Below the pieces are notes generated by a model. That model was given only the letters and a program-made list of their open reading frames with translations, did not search any database and was not told the origin of the DNA. A DNA stretch of 64,000 nucleotides from Azolla caroliniana (taxonomy: Eukaryota; Plantae; Polypodiophyta), in NCBI GenBank assembly GCA_043228905.1, contig JBHGNT010000015.1, forward strand, positions 18,476,001 to 18,540,000, read 5' to 3'. Within the stretch, counting starts at the first letter, position 1. Each line of letters opens with the position of its first letter. The position numbers and the translations under genes are program-made. Positions 23,092-36,557 of the stretch are shown here, piece after piece.

Positions 23092-26000
23092 AGGCGGGCC
23101 GGTTTTCTCCGTGCCAACTTAATTTGGCGCATGCCGGTGGATGCGCGGTTAGGTGGGGGCGGATGTCGTGAAGAAAACCGTCCGTAGGCGGAATCGGCGC
23201 ACCAAGGCGTGGGAACCGGTTCTTCACACGCGCACGCTCCAAGTTGTACATAGAAGCGAATTAGGAGGATAATCGGCAGGAACGGGCCCTAACTCAAGTG
23301 GAGACGAAGACCGCGCGAACAGTCTTTTCGGTGGCGCGCGCGAACTGTACGAGTCGGCGGCGTAACTACGCGGATGCGTGAAAAACGGAGCGGATCCCTG
23401 TCCAAAAGGGACAGGGAATAAAGCTGACAGGACGGCCTGCTCGTCGGGCTATATAAGGAGCAGGAAAGAGCTGTTGCAGACATCTCCCGCGGAGAGGACG
23501 AGGTGCTGCCGAACCGATTTCGGAGCCTCTCTCTCACTCCTGCTCTCTCTGTCTTCTGCTCCATCGCGTACCTGTGCAGTTTTCGAGGAGGCTTGCGCTG
23601 TTCCGTGGAACGCCCGAGTGCGTCCTGCAGCACCTCCGACCTGTTTTCCCTTTCTGTGCGTCGCGACATACAGGGGTCGGCAGCTGTTCGCCGCCCTGTT
23701 CGTTTTCGTTAGTATCTATTTCGTGCCCCACCGTGGGTTGTAATACTTTAGTCTGTTATTTTCTTGCATTCATAAGTACATATCTCTCGTTGTTGCGTCC
23801 ATCTGTGTCGGCGTTTACTTGTGATCTCTGTTTGTTGGGCCGTGTCCCTGTGCGATTGTCGGTTCTGCGCAATCGGATCTTCGGTTCTGTGTAACCGGGT
23901 CTCTCTCTTATCTCTCTCTCTTGCTCTTCGGTTCGAGACCCCCGTGGTCCCTCCTCCTTTCTACACGCAAGGGCGTAGCAACCCGACAGCGTTCCCTTCC
24001 TTTTATAGAACAAGGAAAGGGATGCGTTACAATGTGGGACAAATCCCGAGTTACATGGGATTGTCTATCCCGACTTAACTACTCTTCAGCGCCATAAAGG
24101 CGCCCTCGATATTCATACTAAATGTACATGGGTGCGTACACACGCTGCACCCCGCCGAGGTAGCCAATGTTTCCCGGTTTCCGCCTCTAGCCAAAATTCT
24201 TCACGACAACGGGATATTAAATGGTCATGCCCGTAACAATCACGACCCCACACCTTGATAGCCCTCTCTAAAAATTCTCTCGGCCTTCACCGCTGAGAGA
24301 GTCCCGATTTCGCTCGTGGTTCAGCCGAATTGTCAAAAACTGGACAGAGTGACGACCATCCTGGCTCTTCACCCATGCATAGGCCGAATCGTTATCCAAC
24401 ACTTTGGTCTCCATTCGGGCCGTTGTAATGTAGGGTTCGCCGAGTATGACGGGGTGAGAGGACAACTCCTACAAGAAGAAATGTTGATCAATTTCCACGT
24501 CCCCAACCTTCACCCTCACATTCGGGCACACCCCATGAAGCTCCTCCATGACGGGGGTCGCCGCACATATCTTCCACCCATGCTTTGTGTTGATCATTCA
24601 CTTCCCTTTTTAATAGAAGTCCATGGACATTAGGTTAATCTCCTATATGTGGTCGATCAATGTCACTAGCGATCCGGATCGGTGTCTCTGTTTTCGCTCT
24701 CGCCCAATGTGGCCGCATGTAATGGTTGTCCGACAGTTGCTCGTCCATTGCCACTTTGTCGATGTGGGACGCCTTTACCTCGACCGGCTTCTTGCTCTTC
24801 GGCACCGACGAGAGTCGCTTTCTCTTCACAAGGTTAACAGTAGAATTGTGGAATTGTTTCTTTGCTATTCCAAGCACCTCCCTTAGGGTGAGTTCCACCC
24901 GACTATCGAGGACTCGCTCCACCAGGACCTTTTGCAGATCTGTCGCTCTCTCTATCTCTGAGCTCAGCCAGAAGCTCGGGAACTTCACCTTTCCTTTCTC
25001 TTGTGATTCGGTCAGATCACCGTCACCTCTCTTCAGCCCACTCCAGGTGTCGTACCAGTTTGAAGGACGAACCCTTCCGGCCTTCCCAGCACGCTTATCT
25101 TCAACCAGAACCTTTTAGTTCTGGCAAACCACTTCAACGAAGTCAACCTGCTCCTCCATCGGATCACTCCATCTGGTGACCTCCTGGACCTGCCTTTCCG
25201 CACGGTCTGCCTCCTCCTTCTTTAACTTCTTCCCGAAGAAGCTTTCGAGCACCGCCAACCAAAATCTGGCGTCGGTTCCGAAGTCAGTGCCCTTCTCTCC
25301 ACCTACCCGGATCCTTGCCGATGTCGAGTGGTGAACAGTCTCTATGTGTCACGTCCTAGCCTCTTCCATGAGTCTTTTCATGCCGCCTCATCCAGTGTTC
25401 ATCTCGAGGGGCCTTCACATGTACTCAGTCGTTCCAAAGGTACACGACAATGTTCTTAAGTGCGTTGGCAAAATCAGCGCACTCTCTCCGGATGTGGCCG
25501 ACAACATCGTACCACATGCACCTCTGGTCATTTCGCAGGCGCCGATCACGCGATTGAGCCCCGCCATCTCTTCGAGCTTGTGCGATCTGCAAATCGCATA
25601 CCCTCTTTGTGAGCTACTCCAGAGCCGCGCCACTGGATGGCCCCTCGACCACGTTGGTCAGAACGTGGCCCAACTCGAGTCACCTTCTGGTCTTTTCCGA
25701 CCTCTTCCCAGCAGTCGGGTCAGTCGTTGACAACCCCGCGTCGTTTCATTCTTGTCGTTTGTCGAAACGGCTACAAACTCTTTTGAACACGGCCCAATCA
25801 GTTGTGAGCCCTTCATCCGTCTCCAAGAGGAGACCAACCTTCTCTCGATCAAGTGCCTCGACGAACTTAATAAATAGCAACACCTTGCTCATATCGAGCG
25901 CGGACCGGTCGAGTGCCGAAAGGTGCGCAAACCGCTTCTCAAAATCCTGGAGAAGCACTGAGGTGTTCTGTCCCTTGACGGGGAGCTCAACCCACTCAAT

Positions 26001-29000
26001 GAACTCCCTCTTCGACAACCGGCGCGAGTCTCGAAGCCGTACCTTTTGAGGAGATGTCCCTCGAACTCTGACCAATTCTGACAATTGCCTTGGACCTCGA
26101 ACACTTCAACGTGGATGCTCGGTGTTACGACCCGTGGGAATCTAGACAATCGTCTATCCTCCGGGATGTCCCACATTATCATTTCGGCCCTATAGGTCTC
26201 CAACTAGCTTGTCACGTCCTTTCCATTAAATCGGTCTATCGTGTCAAATATCGTTTCTATGGCCCTGTTGAGGCCACCTATGCTCTCCTGCGGATTCACT
26301 AGACGGTTGACAGCCACCTGCAAGTTTACTTCCCCTCATTTTGGACTCCTTTGCTGCCCCCTTTCACGTCAGGTTCACTAAAGATATCGCGGTAATCCAC
26401 GTGTAAGTGTTGGAACGGGGCAGGACCACCGAGGTCTTGAACAAAGAAGCCGAAAAAGATAGAGTGAAGTGTTTATCTGAATCAATCTCCGGATATCTTG
26501 CTGGTACACGATCAGGGCATGTGACCATTCCGGTTCTACTCACCGGAAGTTGGGTGTTAAGCAGACAGACTCATATGCATATACTATTCTGGATCAGATG
26601 TCAGACACTGGAAGAAGAGCACATGGGTGCAGACGCTCAAGTACACATGCAAGCAAGAGTGAACAAGGACAAGAATACGAGTAGAGATAGAGACACACAC
26701 AACGACATAGAGAAATCCAGATACACTAGAGATAATCGATTAAACTTATAATAGTGAGAGATACAACCAAACTCAGCTGGTAACACAGCTTCGAGCTCTT
26801 GACTCACACACGCAAACACCAGATTGATGAGCCTCTGATCGGGAGCACGCGGGCTTCCTACGCGAACAGAGACCTCACCAACACCTAACGAATACACATA
26901 ACAGAAAACCGGAAGCCTGCAAATCTCAATCCAACAACACTTCGTTCTCCAAAATGATGGATTCCTCTCTCTCTCTCTCTATCCTCTCCTTTTATAGCTC
27001 AAGGAGAGGTCGTTACACCAATCATCAATTCAGTCATTTTCGTCAGGGATCTCCCCACGATTTTCTCTCTTCCCACACTTTATTCCTCTCTTTCTATAGG
27101 ACATTAAAGTACCCATCTAAATCACATAGACTAGTACTTTAATACTTCGATATTTACATGTGTTCATTATATATACATAAGCCTCGTTCATGTGCATCCT
27201 TGTACACACCCATTCACGTGCATCAGGCTCCCCTTTCTTCCTATGGCCAGATCCTTCATGACAACGGTGATAGGTTTATCGGGTATACAACCATTTGCAA
27301 TGCTTCGGCCTAGAACTCGAGCTTCAATTTGGCCTGTTGGAGCATTGTTGTCTCTCTCTCTTGGATGGTTTGGTTCATCCATTCGGCTACACAGTTCTAC
27401 ATTGGGGTGTAGGGAACGATTTTCTAATCCCAGATCCCCTTTCCGAACTAGTACTTTTCAAAGGCTTTGGAGGTGTATTCACCTCCATTGTCCAACTTCG
27501 GTGTCTTCACTTTATGGTCGGATTTGTTTTCGGATTGAACTAACTACCAAGCAAAAACATCAAGCGCTTCGTCTTTGGACTTAATTGAATAAGCCCAAAC
27601 CTTCCGTGTACAATTTTCAACAAATGTGATGAGTACCGGGAGCCTCCAAGTGATCTTTCAGGCATCGGCCCGCAAATATCAATGTGGACCAATTCTAGGG
27701 GTTGTCGTACTATCTTGTAATGGATGGAGTGCGGACTTCAAGTCTATTTCCTGTACCGACAGTGGTCACAGAAGTCTATTTTGGCTTGATGGAGTTTCGG
27801 TATGTAGCCAATTGCCGATAGTCGATCCAAGAGTCAGACATGCCATAATTTTGTTGTCGGCATTTCGGCTACATGTAGTGATCCCTCTAGGCTGATCACT
27901 TTGAATGGGTACAAATTGTTGTAATTTTTGCCATTGCCGATCTTGAGATTTCCTCTTGTTAACTTGGTTGCCAATTTGGGAGTGGATAGAATCGGATGGT
28001 CCTAGATTTCTATCGAATTTTCTTCCATTCCCCTTCATGTTTCGCAACCAACAATCAACAATGTTGTGGCCGACCTTCTTGCAATGTGTAGTAGGCGTCC
28101 AGTCTCCCGTTTCACGATGTTGACCGTTGTTGGTCGTTTCTCCTCCTCGGTCGCCTTTGACTTTGGCCTGTTCTTTGAGCCATTTTTGCTAAGAAGTTGG
28201 CTTCTGTGTTATCGTCAATGGATAATCTCATTGATCTTCGTCGGATGTCTTTCGACAATATCATTCCAATAGCTTCGTCTAGAGCTAGTTTCGGCGAGCT
28301 ATTTGTGAATGTAGTGCAGAACACTTCCCAGCTTGCTGGCAAGCTCGAGAGAAGTGCAAGGGATTTTAATTTTCTTCAAAGTTTAGCCCCTAGGAGGAGA
28401 GTTCGGCTAGCGCCCGGCTAAAGGTGTTAATATGGGAGGTTGCTAGCTCAGATTCCTTCATCTTCATATTGAATAATTGTCGAATCAATATAAGTTTTGA
28501 TGAGGACGATTTCTTCTCATAGACGGCTTGCAACTTCTCCCACAAGGCAAATGCTAACGTCTCTTTCATCATACTGAAGTATATGTTTTCGGCCAGGTGC
28601 ATTCAGATGATCGATCTGGTTATTTCGTCCAAAGATCTGTTGAGAATCAAGCTCAACTTGGTCTAGTGTGTGAACTCACCTTGAGAGTGAAGAGACACTC
28701 CAACGGTCAAGAGTCACCATTATGTCACCACTTTGTATTCTAGCATTTAGTATGAGTCATAGAATCATATTCTATGACACATAACTTATGAGCTTTCACA
28801 TTCCCCATGCTCCATGAGGCTTGTAGTTAATGAAGAGAGAATGTGACTACATAAAGCACCCTCCTCCCACCTTGTATAATGTTAAGTCTTTCTCCTTTGT
28901 CAATATACTTTTACCTTGCGTATTTCTTGTCTCTCTCTCTCATACACACACATAACTCATATCTCTTCCACTTCATAAGAATCTATCTCTTGATTCTTTA

Positions 29001-30042
29001 CATGGTATCAGAGCGATTTGGTAGCTCGATCTAGCCCATTCGCCTCATCGTGATCGTGTGTTGTGCTCTACGCCGACGACCAAAAACCAGCTCGTAGCTA
29101 TCGTAGCTTCGCTACATAGCTCGCATTCGAAGAGAGAAGAAGAAGAAGAAGAATCGACATAATGAATACTCAAATGGGGAGCGCTCTCCCTACCGAGAAG
29201 TTGGATCGAAACAACTTCGCATCTTGGGAGTACAAGATGCACCAATACCTTGTTGGACAAGGCTATTGGAGCTACATCAAAGGAGCGCATGAAGACCGAC
29301 CCGCCGAAGCGGCTCTCGGATACGCGACATGGGAGCAAGCCGCAAGCCGCTAATGTATTGCTTGGCGACATGTGTTCACGATCACATGCTCGGCTACATT
29401 CGCGAAGCCAAGACGCCGAAGGAGGCATGGGAAAATCTACGAAAGATTTTCGCGGCAAACAAGACCGCGAGGAAGCTTCAACTCCGCCAAGAGTTGAACA
29501 ACATTCAACAAAGGGACATGTCCATTACGACATACACCTCGAAGATCAAGGAGCTTTGCGATTCGCTCGGCTCAATAAGCGTAAATATCGATGATGATGA
29601 GATGGTCCAAATATGCCTCGGCGGCCTCGCACCACGGTTCGGCGCGATGCGAACCGCCGTTCTTGCACGGGAGAAATCTCCCTCCTTCTTCGAGCTCCAA
29701 TCAATGCTATTGGTCGAAGAAAACCACGTGCGTACAAGGAGCAATGAGTCGGAAGGCCACATGCTCTACATGCACTCAAACGAAGGAAGAGGACGCGGAC
29801 GGTCGAGAGGCCGATTCGGCCAAGGACAAGGCGGACGAGGTCCGACCTACGATAATAACTCCCAATTTCGGCCGCAAAACGGAAGCCAACAAGGAACCTT
29901 CGCAAGAAGGGGAAGCTTCCACTCCGGCCCGAGCCGTCAAAATGCAACCGAATGCGGATATTGTGGAAAGCTCGGCCACCATGAAGAAGAGTGTCGAAAG
30001 AAGATGCGTGAATCGGCTTCCACAAGCCGACAACTCACGAAT

Positions 30043-30175
30043 TACGCACACAACTCTGACTATGAAGATCGTGGCGGAATGTATGCACACAACTCCGACC
30101 TTGCGAAATGTACGGACACAACTCCGACTACGAAGATCGTGGCGGAATGTATGCGCACAACTCCGACCGTGGCAG
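30043..30175 (+). repeat. Roughly 39-bp tandem duplication in the gag-PR linker (YAHNSDYEDRGGM)
   Basis: CACAACTCYGAC occurs four times and GAAGATCGTGGCGGAATG twice. Confidence 0.75.
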
Positions 30176-30911
30176 TGTTGGGAGACAGGTCCCTCCGGAT
30201 GGGAAGGGAGAAGAACAGTGCCGAAGAAACCGGAAGAGGAGTACCCGGCTACGGAGAGCCGGATGGTGCAGACCCGGTGTGAACCGGATGAGGAGTACCC
30301 GGCTACGGAGAGCCGGATGGTGCACACCCGGTGTGAACCGGATGAGGAGTACCCGGCTACGGAGAGTCGGATGGTGCAGACCCGGTGAGAACCGGATGAG
30401 GAGCACCCGGCTACGGAGAGCTGGATGACGCAGACCCGATACGAACCGGAGGGAGAGACATATTCGTAAATATGTTTCTAAGAGCCCATTGAGGCTACAT
30501 TTGTAAATAGCCGAAAAAGTCATATTAGTATAAATATGACTTAGGGCAAACTTTTAGTTGTTGTTGTCATTCTTGTTGGTGCAAGAATAGAGAGTGTGCG
30601 TAATTGTATAGAGAGAGAGAGAGAGAGAGAGAGAAAGAGGTCGTTGCCTCTGTTGTAACCGCCGCCTGTGGCGAAGATCTATGAGCACGAGGTCGGTGCC
30701 TCAGTAAACTCACTGTTGTATATTCTTACATAGTGACAGTTTGCAGCCTGTGGGCTGCCGTGGTTTTTTCCCCTAGTTTGGGGTTTTCCATGTTAAACCT
30801 CCTGTGTATTTTCCTCTTCTTCTTGTCGTGTTTTATCTCCCGTTTTCTGTGTATCATTCTAAGCTCGGTTGTGGCCGAGCGTTGCGCATAAGGAGCCTTG
30901 AGCTCCCGTTA
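30176..30911 (+). mobile_element. Copia solo LTR with internal 54-bp tandem repeats
   Basis: Starts TGTTGGGA; imperfect TSD GGCAG/GGCGG; homologous to 35724-36557 and more distantly to LTR 58689-59308. Confidence 0.88.
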
Positions 30912-33900
30912 GGCGGAATGTTCATAATGAAACATAGAGCAAACTCTATGTCGGCCGCTACCTCAACTAGTGCCTCCGGTCCGGAAGACGTATGGTTTGT
31001 CGATTCCGGTGCCTCGAACCATATGACATCGCATCAAGAATGGTTCCAAGAACTTCGAGAGCCGGACCGACCCGGCTATGTCGAAACCGGAGACGACACT
31101 ACGCACCCGATTCGGCACATTGGCAATGTTCCGTTCGGAAAAGAAGGTGAGCAAAATTACATTAAAAATGTTTTGCATGTCCCAACCATTACGAAGAATT
31201 TGGTCTCCGTCGGCCAAATTGTAGAGCAAGGGATGCACGTTTGATTTAATCAAGGCGGTTGCTTCATCAAAAAAGAGGGCCGACTCATCGCACGCGGACG
31301 AAGAGAGGGTTGGATGTTCATTCTCGATTCACATGAGATGAAATACGCCATGTTCGCGAAAAACACGAAAGTTGACTCCGACATAGAGCTATGGCACAAG
31401 CGAATCGGCCACATCAATCTCAATAAACTCAAAGCAATGAAATCGAAAGGAGTCGTCATCGGACTCCCGACATTCAAAGAGAAGGAGATTGAAGGTGTAT
31501 GCGAAGTGTGCCAATTCGGCAAACAACACCGACACCCATTCCCGAAAGAGCGGAACATGAGCAAAGGACTACTCGACGTAGTCCATTCCGACGTATGGGG
31601 ACCGGCGCAGACGGCTACATTCGGCGGATGCCGATATTACGTGCTCTTCATCGACGACTTCTCTAGGCACACTTGGATCTACCCGATGTGGCAAAAGAGC
31701 GAAGTGTTCGAACACTTCCAAAATTTCAAGAATGAAGTCGAGAAAGCCACGGGCCGACATGTACGATGCCTTCGATTGGATGGTGACAAGGAGTACTTCT
31801 CGGACGATTTCATGGTGTATCTCCGAAAGGAAGGAATTCGGTGAGAATTCACTTGCCGACACACTCCGCAACAAAACGGAGTAGCCGAGCGCAAAAATCG
31901 GCACATCCTCGAAGTAGCGCGGGCCATGATGAACGAGAAGCATGTGCCCAAGTCATATTGGGCCGAAGCTGCAAATACGGCCGTCTACCTAATGAACCGA
32001 TGCACAACATCCGGCGTGCACGAGCTCACTCCGCACGAAAGATTCTTCGGAAAGAAGCCAAACCTATCACATGTTCGGATATTCGGCTCTATTGCGTACG
32101 TGCACATCCCCGACAAGAAGCGTCAAAAGCTCGACCCGAAGTCGGAGAAATGTATCCTCGTAGGATACTCACTGGAGCAAAAGGGGTACAAGTGCTAAAA
32201 CTCCTCAACTCGAAAATCTCGGGTAAGTCGAGACGTCGTCTTTGACGAGTCCGCATCCTGGTACGCACCAAAGACAACTTCGACTCCGACCCCGCTTGAT
32301 CCGGAATCCACCGAACAAGAGATAGAGGATGAAGATCACCTTACGCGCATGTTCGAAGAAAGTCCGATCACGACCCGACTGAGCGGACCTCAAGAGCCTT
32401 TGAGCGATCAAAGCACATCACGGCCTAGCCCGAAGATGGACAAAGGCAAGGCGAAAATGGCGGAATATGAAGACGATCGCTTCAACGACGATGAATCGAC
32501 TCACTCACCCGACAGTGAGTTCGGCGGTTTCGAGGTACCAATTGGAGCTAAGAAAGCCCTCATCTCTGTAAATGAAAAACTCCGCCGATCCACCCGTGAA
32601 AAGAACCCTGTAAGCAGATTCGGTTGCAACGATTATATGGCGTACCATTACGCCTTTATGATGAAGGTTGCGACAATATGGGAGCCGGAAACCTTTTCGG
32701 AAGCCGCAAAGAACCCACGATGGATCGAAGCAATGAACGAGGAGATGCAGGCACTACGTAAGAACGAGACGTGGGATCTCGTTTCCACCTCAGCACACAA
32801 AAAGGCGATCGGATGCAGATGGATCTACAAGGTGAAGTATAACGCTGATGGCTCCGTAAACCGCTACAAAGCTCGACTCGTAGCGAAAGGATACGCTCAG
32901 ACACATGGCGTCGACTACGAAGAGACCTTTGCCCCGGTGGCAAAGATGACGACGGTGCGGACCGTAATTGCGATTGCCGCGGCGAAAGGGTGGCACCTCC
33001 ATCAAATGGACATCAAGAACGCCTTTCTACAAGGCGAATTAGAAGAGGTGTACATGATCCAACCACCTGGCTTCAACTCGAGCACTCATCCAAAATCCGT
33101 ATGCCGACTCAAGAAGCCACTCTACAGCCTCAAGCAAGCACCACGTGCTTGGCATTCGAAGATAACGCAATATCTTCATCAAATCAGCTTCCATATGTCA
33201 AAATCGGACAACTCCCTCTACATACGAAGCGATTCCGTAAGTCCGATTGTCATCATCTTATATGTGGATGACCTAGTCATTGGAGGTGAGCATCTCGTCG
33301 AAATCACTAAGGTCAAATCCCTCCTTTCCGACAAGTTCGAGATGACGGACATGCAGGAGCTCCACTACTTCCTCGGCATCGAGGTAATTCGGACTCCAGC
33401 CAGAATCATGATCTCTCAATGGCACTACGTCCTCAACTTGTTATACAAGTTCGGGATGGCTGAGTGCAAATCCGTGGCAACCCCGCTTGATCGTAATCTC
33501 AAACTAGATGCGAACTCCGACACCAACACGTGTGAGCCGACTCAGTATCGGCAACTCATCGGGAGTCTCATCTACCTCACGATCACTCGACCCGATCTCA
33601 GTTATCCGGTTGGTCTTCTTAGTCAATTCATGCAAACACCGTGTGATACTCACTTGGATTGGGTTAAGCGAGTTCTACGATACGTGAGCGGCACAATGGA
33701 TTGCGGCATCCTCTACAAGACCGCGATGCCAATACGACTCGAGGGGTACACAGACACCGATTGGGCCGGCTACAAAGCCGATAGAAGATCAACCTCCGGA
33801 TTTGTTTTCTCCCTCGGTAGTGGAAAATATCCTGGAGTAGCAAGAAGCAGCCTATCGTCACTCTTTCGAGTACGGAGGCGGAATATAGGGGTGCAGCCGT

Positions 33901-34749
33901 AGCTGCATGTGAAGCCGTATGGCTCAAGAGGATTTTGAAGGATCTGGGCGTACCCATCAAGGATCCGACTTCCCTTTACTGCGCGACAACATGAGCAGTA
34001 TCTATCTGGCTCGGAACCCGGTGTTCCACGAGCGGACAAAGCACATCGAAGTGCACTATCACTTCATCCGAGAGCGCGTTCTTCCTGGCGATGTCAACCT
34101 ACAACACATTAGCACCAATCTTCAAACGGCCGACATCTTCACTAAAGCCTTAGGAGCCGACAAGCTATGGCAATTCATGACTGATCTCGGATTGACGATC
34201 CTTGGCCTACCAAGCTTGAGGGGGAGTACTAAAGACACTACGCAATAATGCGTGGATTCCGCAACCACGCAACGAAGCAGCGAAGAGCCGATCTACCACG
34301 CAAAGCCGTGAAGAAAGACGCAAGCCGAAGCACAGACTTCGCACAACGCAAGCTAGAGCACGGATTCTGCAACTCCGCATAAAGCGAGCCGACGCGAGTC
34401 GAAGCGGATTTCAGATACCGTATGAAACCGACCCGACTTGAGCTTGAGGGGGCGTGTTGAGAATCAAGCTCAACTTGGTCTAGTGTGTGAACTCACCTTG
34501 AGAGTGAAGAGACACTCCAACAGTCAAGAGTCAACACTATGTCACCACTTTGTATTCTAGCATTTAGTATGATTCATAGAATCATATTCTATGACACATA
34601 ACTTATGAGCTTTCACATTCCCCATGCTCCATGAGGCTTGTAGTTAATGAAGAGAGAGGGTGACTACATAAAGCACCCTCCTCCCATCTTGTATAATGTT
34701 AAGGCTTTCTCCTTTGTCAATATACTTTTACCTTGCGTATTTCTTGTGT

Positions 34750-34807
<58 letters not shown>

Positions 34808-35723
34808 CACACACATAACTCATATCTCTTCCGCTTCACAAGAATCCATCTCTTGATTCTTTACAAGATCACCATTCCTCTATTGTCATTGAAGCCAGCT
34901 TGGTGTTGTGCCATATTGCTTCAACTTGTCACTAGATGATTAACACATCCTACATCATCTCCTTCTACAAGGAAAGGTTTTTGTCATCAAATTTCCGGAT
35001 TTCCACCCTAGTGTTGGATGGCGATGCCATCTTCTATTGGAAGTGAGATTTCTGGCCAGATCCTTTCCTTCAACCAATTCTTCTTCTCCTTGTGTTGTTG
35101 TTGTTGTTGTTGTTGTTGTCAGACCCTTCAAGCTTTGATACCAGTTGATGATAATAGTATTGTCTGACCCGACTAGTACAATTGATGACTCGGTTGGTTA
35201 CAGAGAAGCAGATAGGATCTTTGGAATGAATCCAACAAACAATGTAGATCACAAGGAAGAGTAGTGCATTGTTCAATCAAGAAGGCAGAGCATGTAGATA
35301 GAAGAAAACGATAGTTACACAGAGAGATAATTTTGCTCAAGAGACAATCTTTTCATTTCCCGGTGGAACTACATACAATACTCAGTTACATTCTTTTAAA
35401 TAAAGCCCTAACCGAGCTAGTGTGTTCACACTAAAAGTTTGGGCAGAGTAGGACTTTTAGTCCAACAGGAACCACACTGTGTGGGACATATATCCTTTCC
35501 ACTAATTGAAAGTCTAGAAAAGTTGCCCAATCTCAGATAATCATGCACACTCCACATTAGCATTGTTCACACTTTAACATTCCTTAATTCATTACCTTGT
35601 TTAGAGAATTTCACGTGTATCAAAGGGTTCAAGTAAACATGCGCATTTTTCACCTCATGTTTCACTTATATCAACAATGAAAGGATTAAATGTCCTGTCT
35701 TGATTGATAACCATGGTGGAATA

Positions 35724-36557
35724 TGACAGGAACCCAACGCTCCTTATGCACAACGCTCGGCCACAACCGAGCTTAGAATGATACACAGAAAAACGGGAAA
35801 TAAAGCACGACACAGGGAAGAGGAAGATACACAGGAGGTTTACGTGGAAAACCCCAAACTAGGGGAAAAAACCACGGCAGCCCACAGGCTGCAAACTGTC
35901 ACTATGTAGTAATGTACAAAATAGTGAGTTCACGGAGGCAACGACCTCGTGCTCACGATCTTCGCCACAGGCGGCGGTTACAACAGAGGCAGCGACCTCT
36001 TTCTCTCTCTCCCTCTCCTGTACACTGTTACGTACTCTCTCTATTCTTGCACCAACAAGAAAAATGACAACAACAACCTAAAATTTTGCCCTAAGTCATA
36101 TTTATACTAATATGACTTTTTCGGCTATTTACAAATGTAGCCTCGATGGGCTCTTAGAAACATATTTACGAATATGTCTCTCCCTCCGGTTCGTACCGGG
36201 TCTGCGTCATTCGGCTCTCCGTAGCCGGGTGCTCCTCATCCGGTTCTCACCGGGCCTGCACCATCCGGCTCTCCGTAGCCGAGTACTCCTCATCCGGTTC
36301 ACACCGGGCCTGCACCATTCGGCTCTTCGTAGCCGAGTACTCCTCATCCGGTCTTCACCGGGTCTGCACCATCCGGCTCTCCGTAGCCGAGTACTCCTCA
36401 TCCGGTTCACACCGGGCCTTCACCATCCGGCTCTCTGTAGCCGGGTACTCCTCATCCGGTCTTCACCGGGTTTGTATCATCCGGCTCTCCGTAGCCGGTT
36501 ACTCCTCATCCGGTTCACACCGGGCCTGCACCATCCGGAGGGACCTGTCTCCCAACA
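35724..36557 (-). mobile_element. Copia solo LTR (same family as 30176-30911), TSD GAATA
   Basis: TG..CA ends, GAATA at 35719-35723 and 36558-36562, about 6 copies of the 54-bp repeat. Confidence 0.92.

Larger units (their letters stand above)
16608..23988 (+). mobile_element. Intact, very recent non-chromovirus Ty3/Gypsy (Ylt1-like) with 4-bp TSD GCGT
   Basis: 825-bp LTRs at 16608-17432 and 23164-23988 with no difference seen; PBS 17436-17452; PPT-like AGGTGGGGGCGGA before the 3' LTR; TSD GCGT at 16604-16607 and 23989-23992. Confidence 0.97.
16081..24208 (-). mobile_element. Solo LTR (about 743 bp) of a Ylt1-like relative, itself interrupted; 4-bp TSD ACGG
   Basis: Pieces 16081-16607 and 23993-24208. 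On the minus strand it starts TGTCGTGAAGAA and ends GACCCCCGTGGTCCC..CACGACA. TSD verified against the uninterrupted sister LTR (CTCACC-ACGG-GATATT at 9716-9731). Confidence 0.9.
9297..24238 (-). mobile_element. Full-length degenerate Ty3/Gypsy chromovirus with 5-bp TSD ATCAC
   Basis: 3' LTR 9297-9751; 5' LTR 15652-16080 plus 24213-24238; PBS TGGTATCAGA (tRNA-iMet) 15640-15649; PPT at about 9754-9763; TSD ATCAC at 9292-9296 and 24239-24243. Confidence 0.95.
8817..27263 (-). mobile_element. Old degenerate Ylt1-like Gypsy (same group as 16608-23988), split by nested insertions and 3'-truncated
   Basis: 5' LTR 26385-27263, decayed tRNA-Trp PBS at about 26364-26380, gag-PR remnants 24244-26340, start of pol 8817-9296. 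Translations are colinear with the 1871-aa ORF (ERATDLQKVL, SSHPVILGEPYIT, TKYKTMDQTVRPVA). Confidence 0.9.
28638..34865 (+). mobile_element. Full-length Ty1/Copia, mildly degenerate, TSD AGATC
   Basis: LTRs 28638-29002 and 34455-34865; PBS TGGTATCAGAGC 29003-29014; gag from 29162, WFVDSGAS, integrase, YVDDL RT, RNase H to 34248 with several stops and frameshifts; TSD at 28633-28637 and 34866-34870. Confidence 0.95.
27264..35579 (-). mobile_element. Old degenerate Ty1/Copia 5' part (LTR about 35146-35579, PBS, gag, PR remnant), split by a Copia insertion
   Basis: PBS TGGTATCAAAGC at 35132-35143; gag LWEKLQAVYEKKSSSSKLILIRQLFNMKM (28390-28602) resumes after 34870; protease remnant near 27830. 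Confidence 0.75.
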
